From assembly GCA_028702895.1 (NCBI GenBank), contig JAQVNZ010000003.1:1-44494 (forward strand): a stretch of DNA of 44,494 nucleotides, written 5' to 3'. The notes under the pieces were generated by a model that searched no databases, was not told where the DNA came from, and saw nothing but the letters and a program-made list of their open reading frames with translations. Shown here one piece after another: positions 1 to 8,836 of the stretch (position 1 is the stretch's first letter; the number at the start of each line of letters is the position of its first letter). Source of the DNA: Candidatus Iainarchaeum sp. (lineage in GTDB: Archaea > Iainarchaeota > Iainarchaeia > Iainarchaeales > JAAZKV01). Both the position numbers and the translations under genes were made by a program.

Positions 1-2
1 TT

Positions 3-281
3 GGGCGAGGCGCGATTGGAAATGCTTTTTTATTTAAACAAATTAAAGAATATGAATTAAAGAAAAAGATTTCTGTTCGTGATAATAAAAAAATTTTAAA
101 AGAAGGTGGGAAATATTTAGAATTAGCTAATGAGTTTTCTTTAGAAATAAATGATGTTCGCGGATATTTTATTAATTTAGCAAAAAATTTTGTTGGTGTA
201 AAAGAATTACGAAATAAATTCGCGTTATCAAAATCTTTTGATGAGATTAAAAGTAATCTTGAAAATTATTTTGAAAAATAA
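3..281 (+). CDS. dus: tRNA-dihydrouridine synthase, C-terminal fragment (5' end outside window)
   Basis: Not in ORF track. Frame 3 is open from the window edge to TAA at 279-281 and reads GRGAIGNAFLFKQIKEY...GVKELRNKFALSKSFDEIKSNLENYFEK. GRGAxGNPxLF is the typical Dus motif near the end of the TIM barrel. Confidence 0.8.
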   Translation, partial: GRGAIGNAFLFKQIKEYELKKKISVRDNKKILKEGGKYLELANEFSLEINDVRGYFINLAKNFVGVKELRNKFALSKSFDEIKSNLENYFEK

Positions 282-298
282 TTTTTTATAAATTATTT

Positions 299-874
299 TT
301 AAGAAAATATTTTTTTTGCAGTATTTAATTCTTTTTTGTAATTGTTAGTTTTAATTATTTTGGGATTAACAATATTTCTTTTTTTTAAATCTTCTTTAGA
401 AATTGGTTTTATTTTAGAAGTAGTTCCATTTTGAAAAATATTTGCCTCGTATGTTTGTTTGTTTAAATCAAACAAAACAGTTGAATGAATTAAATCGGGT
501 GATTTTGTTTCTCGACAAATTCTAGGGTTCAAATTAACATTGTTTATTTTTTCAATATGTTTTAATGCTTCATAAAAAGCAAGAGATAATTGGTGACAAC
601 CAGTAGCAGCATGAAGATTATTAGATGTAGATTTTTTTGATTTAATGCCCATGACTCTAATTTGGCCTTTTTTTAAAATTGTTTTTCCATCATAGTGATT
701 TCTTTCAAAGTTTGCAATCATTTTGTATATTGGTGAAAATTTGCTGTTGGGGTTCATTGGTTTTAAAAATGATCTTAAGTGATTAGCAACATTTGAAATA
801 GTTTCTATATTTGGTTTAGCTTTAATTAAAATTGGTTTTAATGAATGGTGAATTTTTAAAGTTCTTTTTCGCAT
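299..874 (-). CDS. Hypothetical basic protein with candidate papain/transglutaminase-like Cys-His-(Glu/Asn) triad
   Basis: 191 aa ORF. ATGC93HQLSLAFYEAL helix, IH130STVLF strand and TYE143AN145 strand are spaced like a transglutaminase-like core. K/R-rich N-terminus. Confidence 0.5.
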   Translation of the reverse strand: MRKRTLKIHHSLKPILIKAKPNIETISNVANHLRSFLKPMNPNSKFSPIYKMIANFERNHYDGKTILKKGQIRVMGIKSKKSTSNNLHAATGCHQLSLAFYEALKHIEKINNVNLNPRICRETKSPDLIHSTVLFDLNKQTYEANIFQNGTTSKIKPISKEDLKKRNIVNPKIIKTNNYKKELNTAKKIFS

Positions 875-1058
875 ATTAATATTATGTTTTACTATTTATT
901 AAAATGTAATAGTGTTGAAAAATAGTTTAAATTTATTAAATTTTTTTATATATTATAACTTTTTTATGAGTTTTACTTTTAGATTTTCTATTATTTGCAA
1001 GTATTCCAAATTTTTTAAATTCGTAATGATTAAATATTGTTTTAATTAAATATTATTT

Positions 1059-1547
1059 ATGCCTAGAATACTTGGTGCTTTTGTAAAAAAAATAAAAAAT
1101 CCTTTTAATAAAATGGGGTTTGGTAGAAAATTAATTTATTCAAGAAAATCCAATAAAAAAAGTGAACCATTAGTCCAATTTTTTTCTCCGGATAAAAATG
1201 GTTCTGGCCAAATAGAAATAGTTCATGGAAACGGGCCAGTAGCATCTCTTTCATATCAATTAGGAAAAAATTTGCCTGTTAGGCTTAGTGAAATAAGATC
1301 AAAAGATTATTATGTGGATTCTGGAAGAATGAATGCGTTAAGAGTTGGTGAAGCATATAAGCGACAAGGTTTTGCTTCGCAAATGGTTGCAGAATTAACG
1401 AGCCAAGCAAAAAAAAATCGTGCAAACGTTTATTTACGAGTAAATGTTGCGAATGTTGGTGCTGTTGAATTTTATAAAGCGAGTGGATTTAAAGTAGTGA
1501 GAAGTCTTGGCGGAAGCGAACAATTAATGGCATATTATAATGTTTGA
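1059..1547 (+). CDS. GNAT-family N-acetyltransferase with basic N-terminal extension
   Basis: Acetyl-CoA motif A (LRVGEAYKRQGFASQMV) and motif B (LRVNVANVGAVEFYKASGF). Confidence 0.85.
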   Translation: MPRILGAFVKKIKNPFNKMGFGRKLIYSRKSNKKSEPLVQFFSPDKNGSGQIEIVHGNGPVASLSYQLGKNLPVRLSEIRSKDYYVDSGRMNALRVGEAYKRQGFASQMVAELTSQAKKNRANVYLRVNVANVGAVEFYKASGFKVVRSLGGSEQLMAYYNV

Positions 1548-1643
1548 TTTTACTAATTTGATTTAAGATTATTCTGGTTTTGATTTTAATTAGTTTTTTT
1601 ATATTGTGTTTTTTTATTAATTTATTTTTTTATTAATTTATTT

Positions 1644-2147
1644 TTACATTATAATTACTTTGTTTGTTTCCTTATCAATTTCTTCTGCAATCTTTTTCAT
1701 TCTAGAAAAAATGTGTGTTGCGTCATTTTCTATTTCATTAATAATTCCTTTCATTGTTTTTTGCCTAGTAAAATAATATTTTCCGCCTTTTTCGATTAAT
1801 CCAGAATTAACTAAATTATTCAAATGGTTTATCGTGCTACCCCTAGACATTTTTACTTTTTGCGAAATAGTTGTGCTAGTTAAAACCTGGCCTATTGAAC
1901 TGGCTAAAAAAATTTCTTTGAAAATTTTTGCTGCGTTCTTTTGTTTGTCTATTTTTTCAAAAAAACCAAGTGAAGCACAAACCCATGCAAATTTTTCGTC
2001 AAAATCTGATGATTCTTCTAATGTTATTTTTCGAATATTTATTTTAAATTTACTTGTTCGAAATTGTATTTTTTTTGACGGGGTTTTTATTGTTGAAAGT
2101 GAGTTATTTGTTTTTTGTTTGATTAAATCGTTGGCCATATTAAACAT
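1644..2147 (-). CDS. Winged-helix (ArsR-like) transcriptional regulator, divergent from grpE
   Basis: HTH segment LTSTTISQKVKMSRGSTINHLNNLVNSGLIEK, wing GGKYY, C-terminal amphipathic helix. Confidence 0.75.
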   Translation of the reverse strand: MFNMANDLIKQKTNNSLSTIKTPSKKIQFRTSKFKINIRKITLEESSDFDEKFAWVCASLGFFEKIDKQKNAAKIFKEIFLASSIGQVLTSTTISQKVKMSRGSTINHLNNLVNSGLIEKGGKYYFTRQKTMKGIINEIENDATHIFSRMKKIAEEIDKETNKVIIM

Positions 2148-2189
2148 ATTAACCTAATAGTTTTTAAATTTGTTTAAAGAGTATTGAAA

Positions 2190-2210
2190 TTGTTTAAATA
2201 TTTTAAACAA
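2190..2210. promoter_or_regulatory. Perfect inverted repeat TTGTTTAAA-TAT-TTTAAACAA in the regulator/grpE divergent promoter (candidate operator)
   Basis: Arms at 2190-2198 and 2202-2210; an extra TTGTTTAAA half-site at 2170-2178. Confidence 0.45.
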
Positions 2211-2252
2211 AAGGTAATAATATTTAAAAATATTTGCATTTCTAGTAATAAT

Positions 2253-2828
2253 ATGTCTAAAGAAATAAATAAAATAAAAAACGAGCATATTCCTAATACG
2301 AAGGAAAGTACACAAAATGTTTCTTGTGAAAAAGAGAAAAATTTGGTTAATATTTATGAACAAAAAATAATTGAATTAACAATGGATTTGAAACGAATTC
2401 AAGCGGAATTTGAAAACTTTCAAAAACGAACAGAAAAACAAAAAGAAGATTATCAGAAATATTTGTCTGCAGAAATATTAAGTGATTTACTTCCAGTTTT
2501 AGATTCACTTGAAATTGGAATGGTTCACAATAAAGAATTTGTAAAAATTTATGAACAATTATTTTTAATAATGAAAAAAAAGGGAATTGAAAAAATTTGT
2601 GTGGAGTCTGGGGATAAATTTGATCATGAATCAATGGATTGTTTAATCCAAGAATCAAATGACAAAATAAAAGATGGGAATATTGTACAAATACTTTCGA
2701 CAGGATACAAATTAAACGGGAAAATATTGCGAACAACAAAGGTTAGTGTTAATAAATTAAATGAAAAAAAAGAAACTGAGCAGTTAAAAGAAAACGATGA
2801 TAATAAAAAAATGGGGGGAAAATGTTAA
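2253..2828 (+). CDS. grpE: Nucleotide exchange factor GrpE
   Basis: LKRIQAEFENFQKR, DLLPVLDSLE, GDKFDHESM, GYKLNGKILR motifs; directly upstream of dnaK. ATG 2253 preferred over the ORF-track start at 2184. Confidence 0.95.
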   Translation: MSKEINKIKNEHIPNTKESTQNVSCEKEKNLVNIYEQKIIELTMDLKRIQAEFENFQKRTEKQKEDYQKYLSAEILSDLLPVLDSLEIGMVHNKEFVKIYEQLFLIMKKKGIEKICVESGDKFDHESMDCLIQESNDKIKDGNIVQILSTGYKLNGKILRTTKVSVNKLNEKKETEQLKENDDNKKMGGKC

Positions 2829-2867
2829 TTTTAAAAAATTAAAAATAATTTTTTTGAGGTGGTAAAT

Positions 2868-4748
2868 ATGGCAAAAATAATTGGTATTGATTTAGGGACA
2901 AGTAATTCAGCAGCGTCTGTTTTAGAAGGTGGAAAACCAAAATTAATTCCTTCAGCAGAAGGTAACACTATATATGGAAAAGCATTTCCTAGTGTCGTAG
3001 CATTTACAAAAGATGGCAAAATGTTGGTTGGTGAACCAGCAAGAAGACAAGCAATAAGTAACCCTGAGAATACTATAATGAAAGCAAAAAGATTCATGGG
3101 TAAAGATCATAAATTTAAAGTAGCTGGAAAAGAATATTCTCCTCAACAAATATCTTCATTTATTTTACAAAAAATAAAAAAAGATGCTGAAAGTTATTTA
3201 GGAGAAAAAGTAGATAAAGCAGTAATAACTGTGCCTGCATACTTTGATGATAATCAAAGACAAGCAACAAAAGATGCTGGTGCAATAGCAGGATTAGACG
3301 TAATAAGAATAATTAACGAACCAACTGCAGCATCACTAGCGTATGGTTTAGATAAAAAAGGAGATTCAAAAATACTTGTATTTGATTTAGGTGGCGGAAC
3401 ACTAGATGTAACCATAATGGAATTGGGAGACGGAGTATTTGAAGTAAAATCAACTTCAGGAGATACTGAACTTGGTGGAACAGACATGGATCAAATTTTA
3501 ATTGATTATATTGTAAAGGATTTCAAAGAAAAAGATAGTGTTGACTTATCAAAAGATAAAATGGCAATACAAAGATTAAGAGAAGCTGCAGAAAAAGCAA
3601 AAATTGAATTATCAACAACAGTTGAAACAGAAATTAATTTACCTTACATAACCGCAGATTCAACAGGGCCAAAACACTTAACAATGAAATTAAATCGTGC
3701 AAAATTAGAAGAGCTTATGCGTCCGATAATACAAAGATGTGAAAAACCAATAACACAAGCATTAGCTGATGCAAAAATATCATCAACAGAATTAGCAAAA
3801 GTAATTCTAGTTGGCGGACCAACAAGAATGCCAATAGTACAAGATTTTGTAAAAAAAGTTACAGGCATTATTCCTGAAAGAGGAATTGATCCAATGGAAA
3901 GTGTAGCAATGGGTGCAGCAATACAAGCAGGTGTTTTAAGCGGAGAAGTAAAAGATGTTTTATTATTAGACGTAACACCATTAAGTTTAGGAATAGAAAC
4001 ACTTGGTGGAGTATCAACAAAATTAATAGAAAGAAACACAACTATACCAACAAAAAAATCACAAGTTTTTTCTACAGCTGCTGACAATCAAACAACAGTA
4101 GATATTCACGTTTTACAAGGTGAAAGACCATTAGCAAAGGACAATAAAAGTTTGGGAAGATTTCAATTAACTGGAATATTACCTGCGCCAAGAGGATTAC
4201 CACAAATTGAAGTAACTTTTGATATAGATGCAAATGGAATAGTTAATGTGTCTGCTAAAGATAATGGAACAGGAAAAGAACAGAGCATAAAAATCGTTGC
4301 TTCAACAAAACTTACTGATGAAGAAATCAAACGAATGAAAAAAGAAGCAGAAGATCACGCAAGCGAAGATGAAAAAATAAAAAAAGAAATTGAAATACTA
4401 AATGAGGCAGATGCAACAGTATATAGTACTGAAAAAATGCTTGAAGATTTAAAAGATAAAATTGATGAAACAAAGAAAAAACAAATACAAGATAGTCTTG
4501 ATTTAGTAAAAGAAGAAATGAAAAAAGAATCAAAAGTTCCAGAACAAATAAAACAAAAAATAGAAGATTTAAACAAAATATTACAAGAAATTGGTTCACA
4601 AGTATACCAACAAGCACAAGCACAACAAGAACAATCAAAACAAGAACAAACACAATCTGATAAAGATGAAAATAGTAAAAAGACAAAAGGGGATGAAAAA
4701 ATTGTTGATGCTGAATTTGAAGAAAAAGACAAAAACAAAAAAAAGTAA
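2868..4748 (+). CDS. dnaK: Chaperone DnaK (Hsp70)
   Basis: [51 protein letters not shown]; SD GAGGTGG before ATG 2868. Confidence 0.99.
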   Translation: MAKIIGIDLGTSNSAASVLEGGKPKLIPSAEGNTIYGKAFPSVVAFTKDGKMLVGEPARRQAISNPENTIMKAKRFMGKDHKFKVAGKEYSPQQISSFILQKIKKDAESYLGEKVDKAVITVPAYFDDNQRQATKDAGAIAGLDVIRIINEPTAASLAYGLDKKGDSKILVFDLGGGTLDVTIMELGDGVFEVKSTSGDTELGGTDMDQILIDYIVKDFKEKDSVDLSKDKMAIQRLREAAEKAKIELSTTVETEINLPYITADSTGPKHLTMKLNRAKLEELMRPIIQRCEKPITQALADAKISSTELAKVILVGGPTRMPIVQDFVKKVTGIIPERGIDPMESVAMGAAIQAGVLSGEVKDVLLLDVTPLSLGIETLGGVSTKLIERNTTIPTKKSQVFSTAADNQTTVDIHVLQGERPLAKDNKSLGRFQLTGILPAPRGLPQIEVTFDIDANGIVNVSAKDNGTGKEQSIKIVASTKLTDEEIKRMKKEAEDHASEDEKIKKEIEILNEADATVYSTEKMLEDLKDKIDETKKKQIQDSLDLVKEEMKKESKVPEQIKQKIEDLNKILQEIGSQVYQQAQAQQEQSKQEQTQSDKDENSKKTKGDEKIVDAEFEEKDKNKKK

Positions 4749-4892
4749 AAATGAAAAAATAAATGAAGAAAAAATTATTAACAAAGACAAAGTGAATAAT
4801 ATGAATAAAAATATTAAAGAAAAAGAAATAATTAATGAAGAAGAAATAATTAAAAATGAATTTGGGAATACTAGTCAATCAATTTGGTTGGC

Positions 4893-5034
4893 TAGTTAAT
4901 TTTTTTTAATGTGAATAATTATTTAATTTTTTTTATAATTTGAATTTTTTATAATTAATTATTTAATTTTTTTATAATTAATAGTTCGTGATTTATTTAT
5001 AAGGTGTGAGATTAGTTAATATTTTTTAATGTGA
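4893..5034 (+). repeat. 22-bp direct repeat (1 mismatch) 120 bp apart in the dnaK-dnaJ spacer
   Basis: TAGTTAATTTTTTTTAATGTGA at 4893-4914 and TAGTTAATATTTTTTAATGTGA at 5013-5034. Confidence 0.6.
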
Positions 5035-5039
5035 TATAA

Positions 5040-6158
5040 ATGACTGATTATTATTCTATTTTAGGTTTGCAAAAAGGCGCTTCTGTTGACGAAATAAAAA
5101 AAGCATATAAATCTCTTGCAAAAAAATATCATCCTGATGTTTCGCAAGAACCTGATGCTGAAAAAAAATTTAAAGAAATTGTAGAAGCATATCAAATATT
5201 ATCTGATCCTGAAAAAAAACAAAATTATGATAATTATGGGGATTCTTATAAAAACTTTCAAGGTCACCAAGGTTTTGGCCAAGGAATGGATTTTGATTTT
5301 GAAGATATTTTTAATCAATTCTCTGATTTTAGTTTTGGTGGAATGGAATTTAGAGATATTTTTGGGTCAAAAAAAAGAGCAAGAAAAGATACTGGGCAAA
5401 ATATTAGTGTTAATTTAACAATTAGTTTTGAAGAAGCTGTTTTTGGAATAGAAAAAGAAATAGAGTATGAGCGAATAGAAGCATGTGATTATTGTAAGGG
5501 TACGGGTGCACAAGATTCTAAAGAAAAAGTGTGCGATAGTTGTGGTGGAAAAGGTGTGGAAATAAGACAACAGCGAACACCATTTGGAATATTTCAAAGC
5601 CAATCAACTTGTAGAAAATGTTCTGGGTTAGGGAAAATTCCGGAAAAAAGTTGTTCTCATTGTGGTGGGCAAGGATTAACAAAATCTAATACTACTATTA
5701 AAATAAAAATCCCTGCTGGAATAAATACTGGTAATCATTTAAGATTAAAAGAGAAAGGTCATGCGGGAAAAGATGGTTCTGGTGATTTGTATGTTGTAAT
5801 ATTCGTTGAACCACACGATATATTTAAACGAGATGATTCTGATGTTTATGCAGAAATTCCAATATCTTTCTCAGAATCTGCGTTAGGCGCTAAAGTAGAA
5901 GTTCCCACATTAAACGGAAAAGCAGATTTAAAAATTCCTTCTGGAACACAATCTGGAACAATATTTAGATTAAGAAATAAGGGAATTAAACGATTAAATT
6001 TCGATTCATATGGTGATGAGTATGTTAAAGTTATTGTGGAAACACCAAAAAAACTTTCACGAAAAACAAGGGACTTATTAGAACAATTAGAAAAAGAAGA
6101 AAAAATGAGTAAGAAAAGAAAAACCTTATTTGAAAAAATATTTAAAAAATTTGAATAA
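5040..6158 (+). CDS. dnaJ: Chaperone DnaJ (class A)
   Basis: J-domain with HPD, G/F-rich region, four CxxCxGxG zinc-finger repeats, C-terminal domain. Confidence 0.98.
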   Translation: MTDYYSILGLQKGASVDEIKKAYKSLAKKYHPDVSQEPDAEKKFKEIVEAYQILSDPEKKQNYDNYGDSYKNFQGHQGFGQGMDFDFEDIFNQFSDFSFGGMEFRDIFGSKKRARKDTGQNISVNLTISFEEAVFGIEKEIEYERIEACDYCKGTGAQDSKEKVCDSCGGKGVEIRQQRTPFGIFQSQSTCRKCSGLGKIPEKSCSHCGGQGLTKSNTTIKIKIPAGINTGNHLRLKEKGHAGKDGSGDLYVVIFVEPHDIFKRDDSDVYAEIPISFSESALGAKVEVPTLNGKADLKIPSGTQSGTIFRLRNKGIKRLNFDSYGDEYVKVIVETPKKLSRKTRDLLEQLEKEEKMSKKRKTLFEKIFKKFE

Positions 6159-6219
6159 GTTTAAACTTGCTAAAAGAAAAAGAATTTTAAACTCTTAAAA
6201 CATTTATTTATTGGTGTTT

Positions 6220-6708
6220 ATGAAAAAAATTATTTTATTTTTACTAATACTAACATTTTTTTTAGGTTGCGTGTCTGAAAACAACAGTTCTATTGAAAAA
6301 GATTTTTTAGAATTAAAAGAAGAATATTTTGTATTAAATTCGTTTAACCCAAATGAAAATATAATGAACTCTTATTTAAACGAAATTTCTTTATTAAGAT
6401 CTAATAGTCCAACATATTTTAATAATATTTTAGACGTTGAAATAGCGTCTTCACAATCATTTTTATATTTTTCAAAAGCACTTGATGAATCAAAAAAAAT
6501 TAATTATTTTTCTAATCATTGTAATTCTATAGATTATAAAAACACGATTAATTATTTGAACTTATCAATAAAATATTCTAATAAAGCTAAATCAATTATT
6601 TTACTGCCTAATGAAATACAATTTTTAAGAGAAAATCAATTAGAAACAATTAATGGTATTAATTTGTTTTCAAAAGAATTATTAGAATCAATAAAAGACA
6701 CTTGTTAA
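6220..6708 (+). CDS. Putative lipoprotein of unknown function
   Basis: MKKIILFLLILTFFLGC: basic N-region, hydrophobic core, lipobox-like LGC. Confidence 0.65.
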   Translation: MKKIILFLLILTFFLGCVSENNSSIEKDFLELKEEYFVLNSFNPNENIMNSYLNEISLLRSNSPTYFNNILDVEIASSQSFLYFSKALDESKKINYFSNHCNSIDYKNTINYLNLSIKYSNKAKSIILLPNEIQFLRENQLETINGINLFSKELLESIKDTC

Positions 6709-6792
6709 TATAATAAATTTTTTAATATTTGTTTTCTGAATTTAAAAGTTAGTTGTGTTTATTTTTAAAATTTATTTGATTAAGTGTTATTT

Positions 6793-7392
6793 ATGTTTTG
6801 TGAAAAAATTTTAGGTGCTGAAGCGGAAATCAAAAAAATTAAAAAGAATAATATTTTTTTAATATCTAAAAAACGAATTCAAAAAAATTACCGTGATCAA
6901 AACATGGATTTTTTAATAAGAAAAAAAAGAACTAAAAGTGAAGCCAAAATTATTAATCAATTATATCCTATAATAAACGTTCCAAAAATATTTGAAGTTA
7001 ATGGAAACGAATTTGAAATATTAATGGAATTTATTCCTGGTGATCAATTAAAAAAAATTCTAGAAACAAAAAAAAATTTGACTAATTCGCTTTGTACTCT
7101 TGCTGGAAAAGAAATAAAAAAAATCCATGACTTTGGAATAATCCATGGTGATTTAACAACATCAAATATATTATTTTATAATAATAAATTATTTTTTATA
7201 GATTTTGGTTTAGGATTTTTTTCAAAAAAAATTGAAGATCAAGCAACAGATTTAATAGTTTTTAAAAAAACTTTTAATGCAACACATTCATCAATAAAAA
7301 ACGGGTGGGAATTAGTGCTTAAAGGTTATGATCCAAGCGATGAATTAAAAGAAAGAATGTTAAAAATACAAAAACGTGCAAGATATTTGTAA
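6793..7392 (+). CDS. bud32: KEOPS complex kinase/ATPase Bud32
   Basis: GAEAEI, RTKSEAKII, IIHGDLTTSNIL, FIDFGLG, EDQATDL, RARYL C-terminus. Confidence 0.93.
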   Translation: MFCEKILGAEAEIKKIKKNNIFLISKKRIQKNYRDQNMDFLIRKKRTKSEAKIINQLYPIINVPKIFEVNGNEFEILMEFIPGDQLKKILETKKNLTNSLCTLAGKEIKKIHDFGIIHGDLTTSNILFYNNKLFFIDFGLGFFSKKIEDQATDLIVFKKTFNATHSSIKNGWELVLKGYDPSDELKERMLKIQKRARYL

Positions 7393-7410
7393 TCTAAAAA
7401 TTAATTTTTA

Positions 7411-7527
7411 TTTTTTGTATTTTTGCATTTGGTATTTTATATTTTTTTGTTTTTTTGTATTTTGTATTTTTTGTATTCTTATATTTTGTATTTTGTATTT
7501 CCTTTTTTTGTATTTTTCGTATTTTTT
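7411..7527 (+). repeat. Degenerate T-rich tandem repeat, unit roughly T(3-6)GTA
   Basis: About seven exact TGTATT copies plus variants TGCATT, GGTATT and CGTATT. Confidence 0.6.
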
Positions 7528-7697
7528 AAGAATGTTCTTTGAATTGTTTGAATTATAATAGCTTTTTTGTTTAAATTATTTTTTTAAAAATTTGTTTGCA
7601 GTGATTAGATTTATAAAGCTTTTTTTTCAATAAATACATTATAATTTTATAGTTCTTTTCTAATCCATTTTTGGTTGGAAAGGGTAAGTGATTTAAA

Positions 7698-8102
7698 ATG
7701 GTTAAAAAAGTTGAAAAAACACAAGAAATTTCTAAAGATGAAATCGAAGATTTAATTATTTCTCTTGCTAACGCAGGACATTCTCCAAGTAAAATTGGTT
7801 TAATTTTAAGAGATGAAAATGGAATAAAAAATGTTAGAGATTCTACTGGTAAACATTTACAACAAATACTTTCTGAAAATAAATTAGTTGGAGAAATCCC
7901 TGAAGATTTATTAAATTTAATTAAAAAAAGTGTTATATTAAATAAACATCTTGATAAAAATAAAAAAGATGACTCGGCTAGACGAGGTTATGAAATGACT
8001 GTTTCTAAAATTAGACGATTAAGTAAATATTATATTAATAAAAGAAAATTGCCTTCTAATTGGAGATATACTGCAGAAAGTGCAGCATTATTGGTGAAAT
8101 AA
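7698..8102 (+). CDS. rps15: 30S ribosomal protein uS15 (archaeal S15/S13e)
   Basis: PSKIGLILRDENG, IPEDLLNLIKK, HLDKNKKD, SKIRRLSKYY, LPSNWRY. Confidence 0.95.
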   Translation: MVKKVEKTQEISKDEIEDLIISLANAGHSPSKIGLILRDENGIKNVRDSTGKHLQQILSENKLVGEIPEDLLNLIKKSVILNKHLDKNKKDDSARRGYEMTVSKIRRLSKYYINKRKLPSNWRYTAESAALLVK

Positions 8103-8197
8103 TGAAGATTAGTGTGAAGTATTGTATTGGGGACGAAATTATTTTCCAAGGAAATGATATTAGTTCACTAGAAAAAGTTGATGATTTGTTGAAGTGA
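8102..8197 (+). CDS. 31-aa microprotein, candidate minimal or truncated KEOPS Pcc1-like protein
   Basis: Not in ORF track. ATG overlaps the rps15 stop (TAATG); reads MKISVKYCIGDEIIFQGNDISSLEKVDDLLK, TGA 8195-8197. Occupies the position where pcc1 usually precedes rps3ae. Confidence 0.5.
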   Translation: MKISVKYCIGDEIIFQGNDISSLEKVDDLLK

Positions 8198-8201
8198 TTT
8201 T

Positions 8202-8792
8202 ATGGCTGCAGAAAAAAATGTTGGATCAAGAAGAAAAACTGTTGATAAATGGAAGAAAAAGAAATGGTTCTTAATAAAAGCATCAAAATTATTTGATGGT
8301 AAAGTTTTAGCAGAAACTCCTGCTGAAAAACCAATTAATTTAACAGGCAGAACAATAAGAGTTACTTTGGATAAATTAACTGGTCAAAGAACAAAAAGAG
8401 ACACAACAATTCATTTTAAGACATTTGATGTTCAAGGTCAAAATATTAATACTAAAATTTCTAGGTTTAGTTTAGCAAAATCAACTATTGGACGATTAAT
8501 AAGACGTGGAAATAGTAAAATAATGGTTGTTGAAAGAATTCCTGTTATTGGTGGAGAAGCACGAATAACTATGATTGTTGTTTCATTAAACAAAGCTACT
8601 AATGCTCAAAAAGCTGGTGTAATGAAAATAATGAAAGAAAAATTATCTGCTTTTAAGGGAAATGATTTTGAAGAAGTTGTAAACGAATTGCTTTTAGGAA
8701 AAATTTCAGGCAATATTTTTAAAGAAGCTGAAAAAGTTTGTATGGTAAAAAAAGTTATTGCATATAAAGCAATATTTACTGAATCAAAATAA
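8202..8792 (+). CDS. rps3ae: 30S ribosomal protein eS1 (S3Ae)
   Basis: DKWKKKKWFLIKASKLF, LTGRTIRVTLDKLTG, IGRLIRRGNSKI, IFKEAEKV. Confidence 0.9.
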   Translation: MAAEKNVGSRRKTVDKWKKKKWFLIKASKLFDGKVLAETPAEKPINLTGRTIRVTLDKLTGQRTKRDTTIHFKTFDVQGQNINTKISRFSLAKSTIGRLIRRGNSKIMVVERIPVIGGEARITMIVVSLNKATNAQKAGVMKIMKEKLSAFKGNDFEEVVNELLLGKISGNIFKEAEKVCMVKKVIAYKAIFTESK

Positions 8793-8836
8793 TTGTCACT
8801 TTAGAAATCATAATTTAAAAAAATGGAATTAGAGTC

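Noticed and set aside
2831-4878. Antisense and alternate-frame ORFs over dnaK (2831-3097, 2952-3149, 3254-3487, 3644-4087, 4327-4878, 4355-4738)
   Set aside because: Shadow ORFs of a highly conserved gene; F/L/I/S-rich or mirror-image composition with no motifs.
7376-7558. 60-aa F/C/I/L-rich ORF
   Set aside because: It is the translation of the T(n)GTA repeat tract, overlaps bud32 and has no SD.
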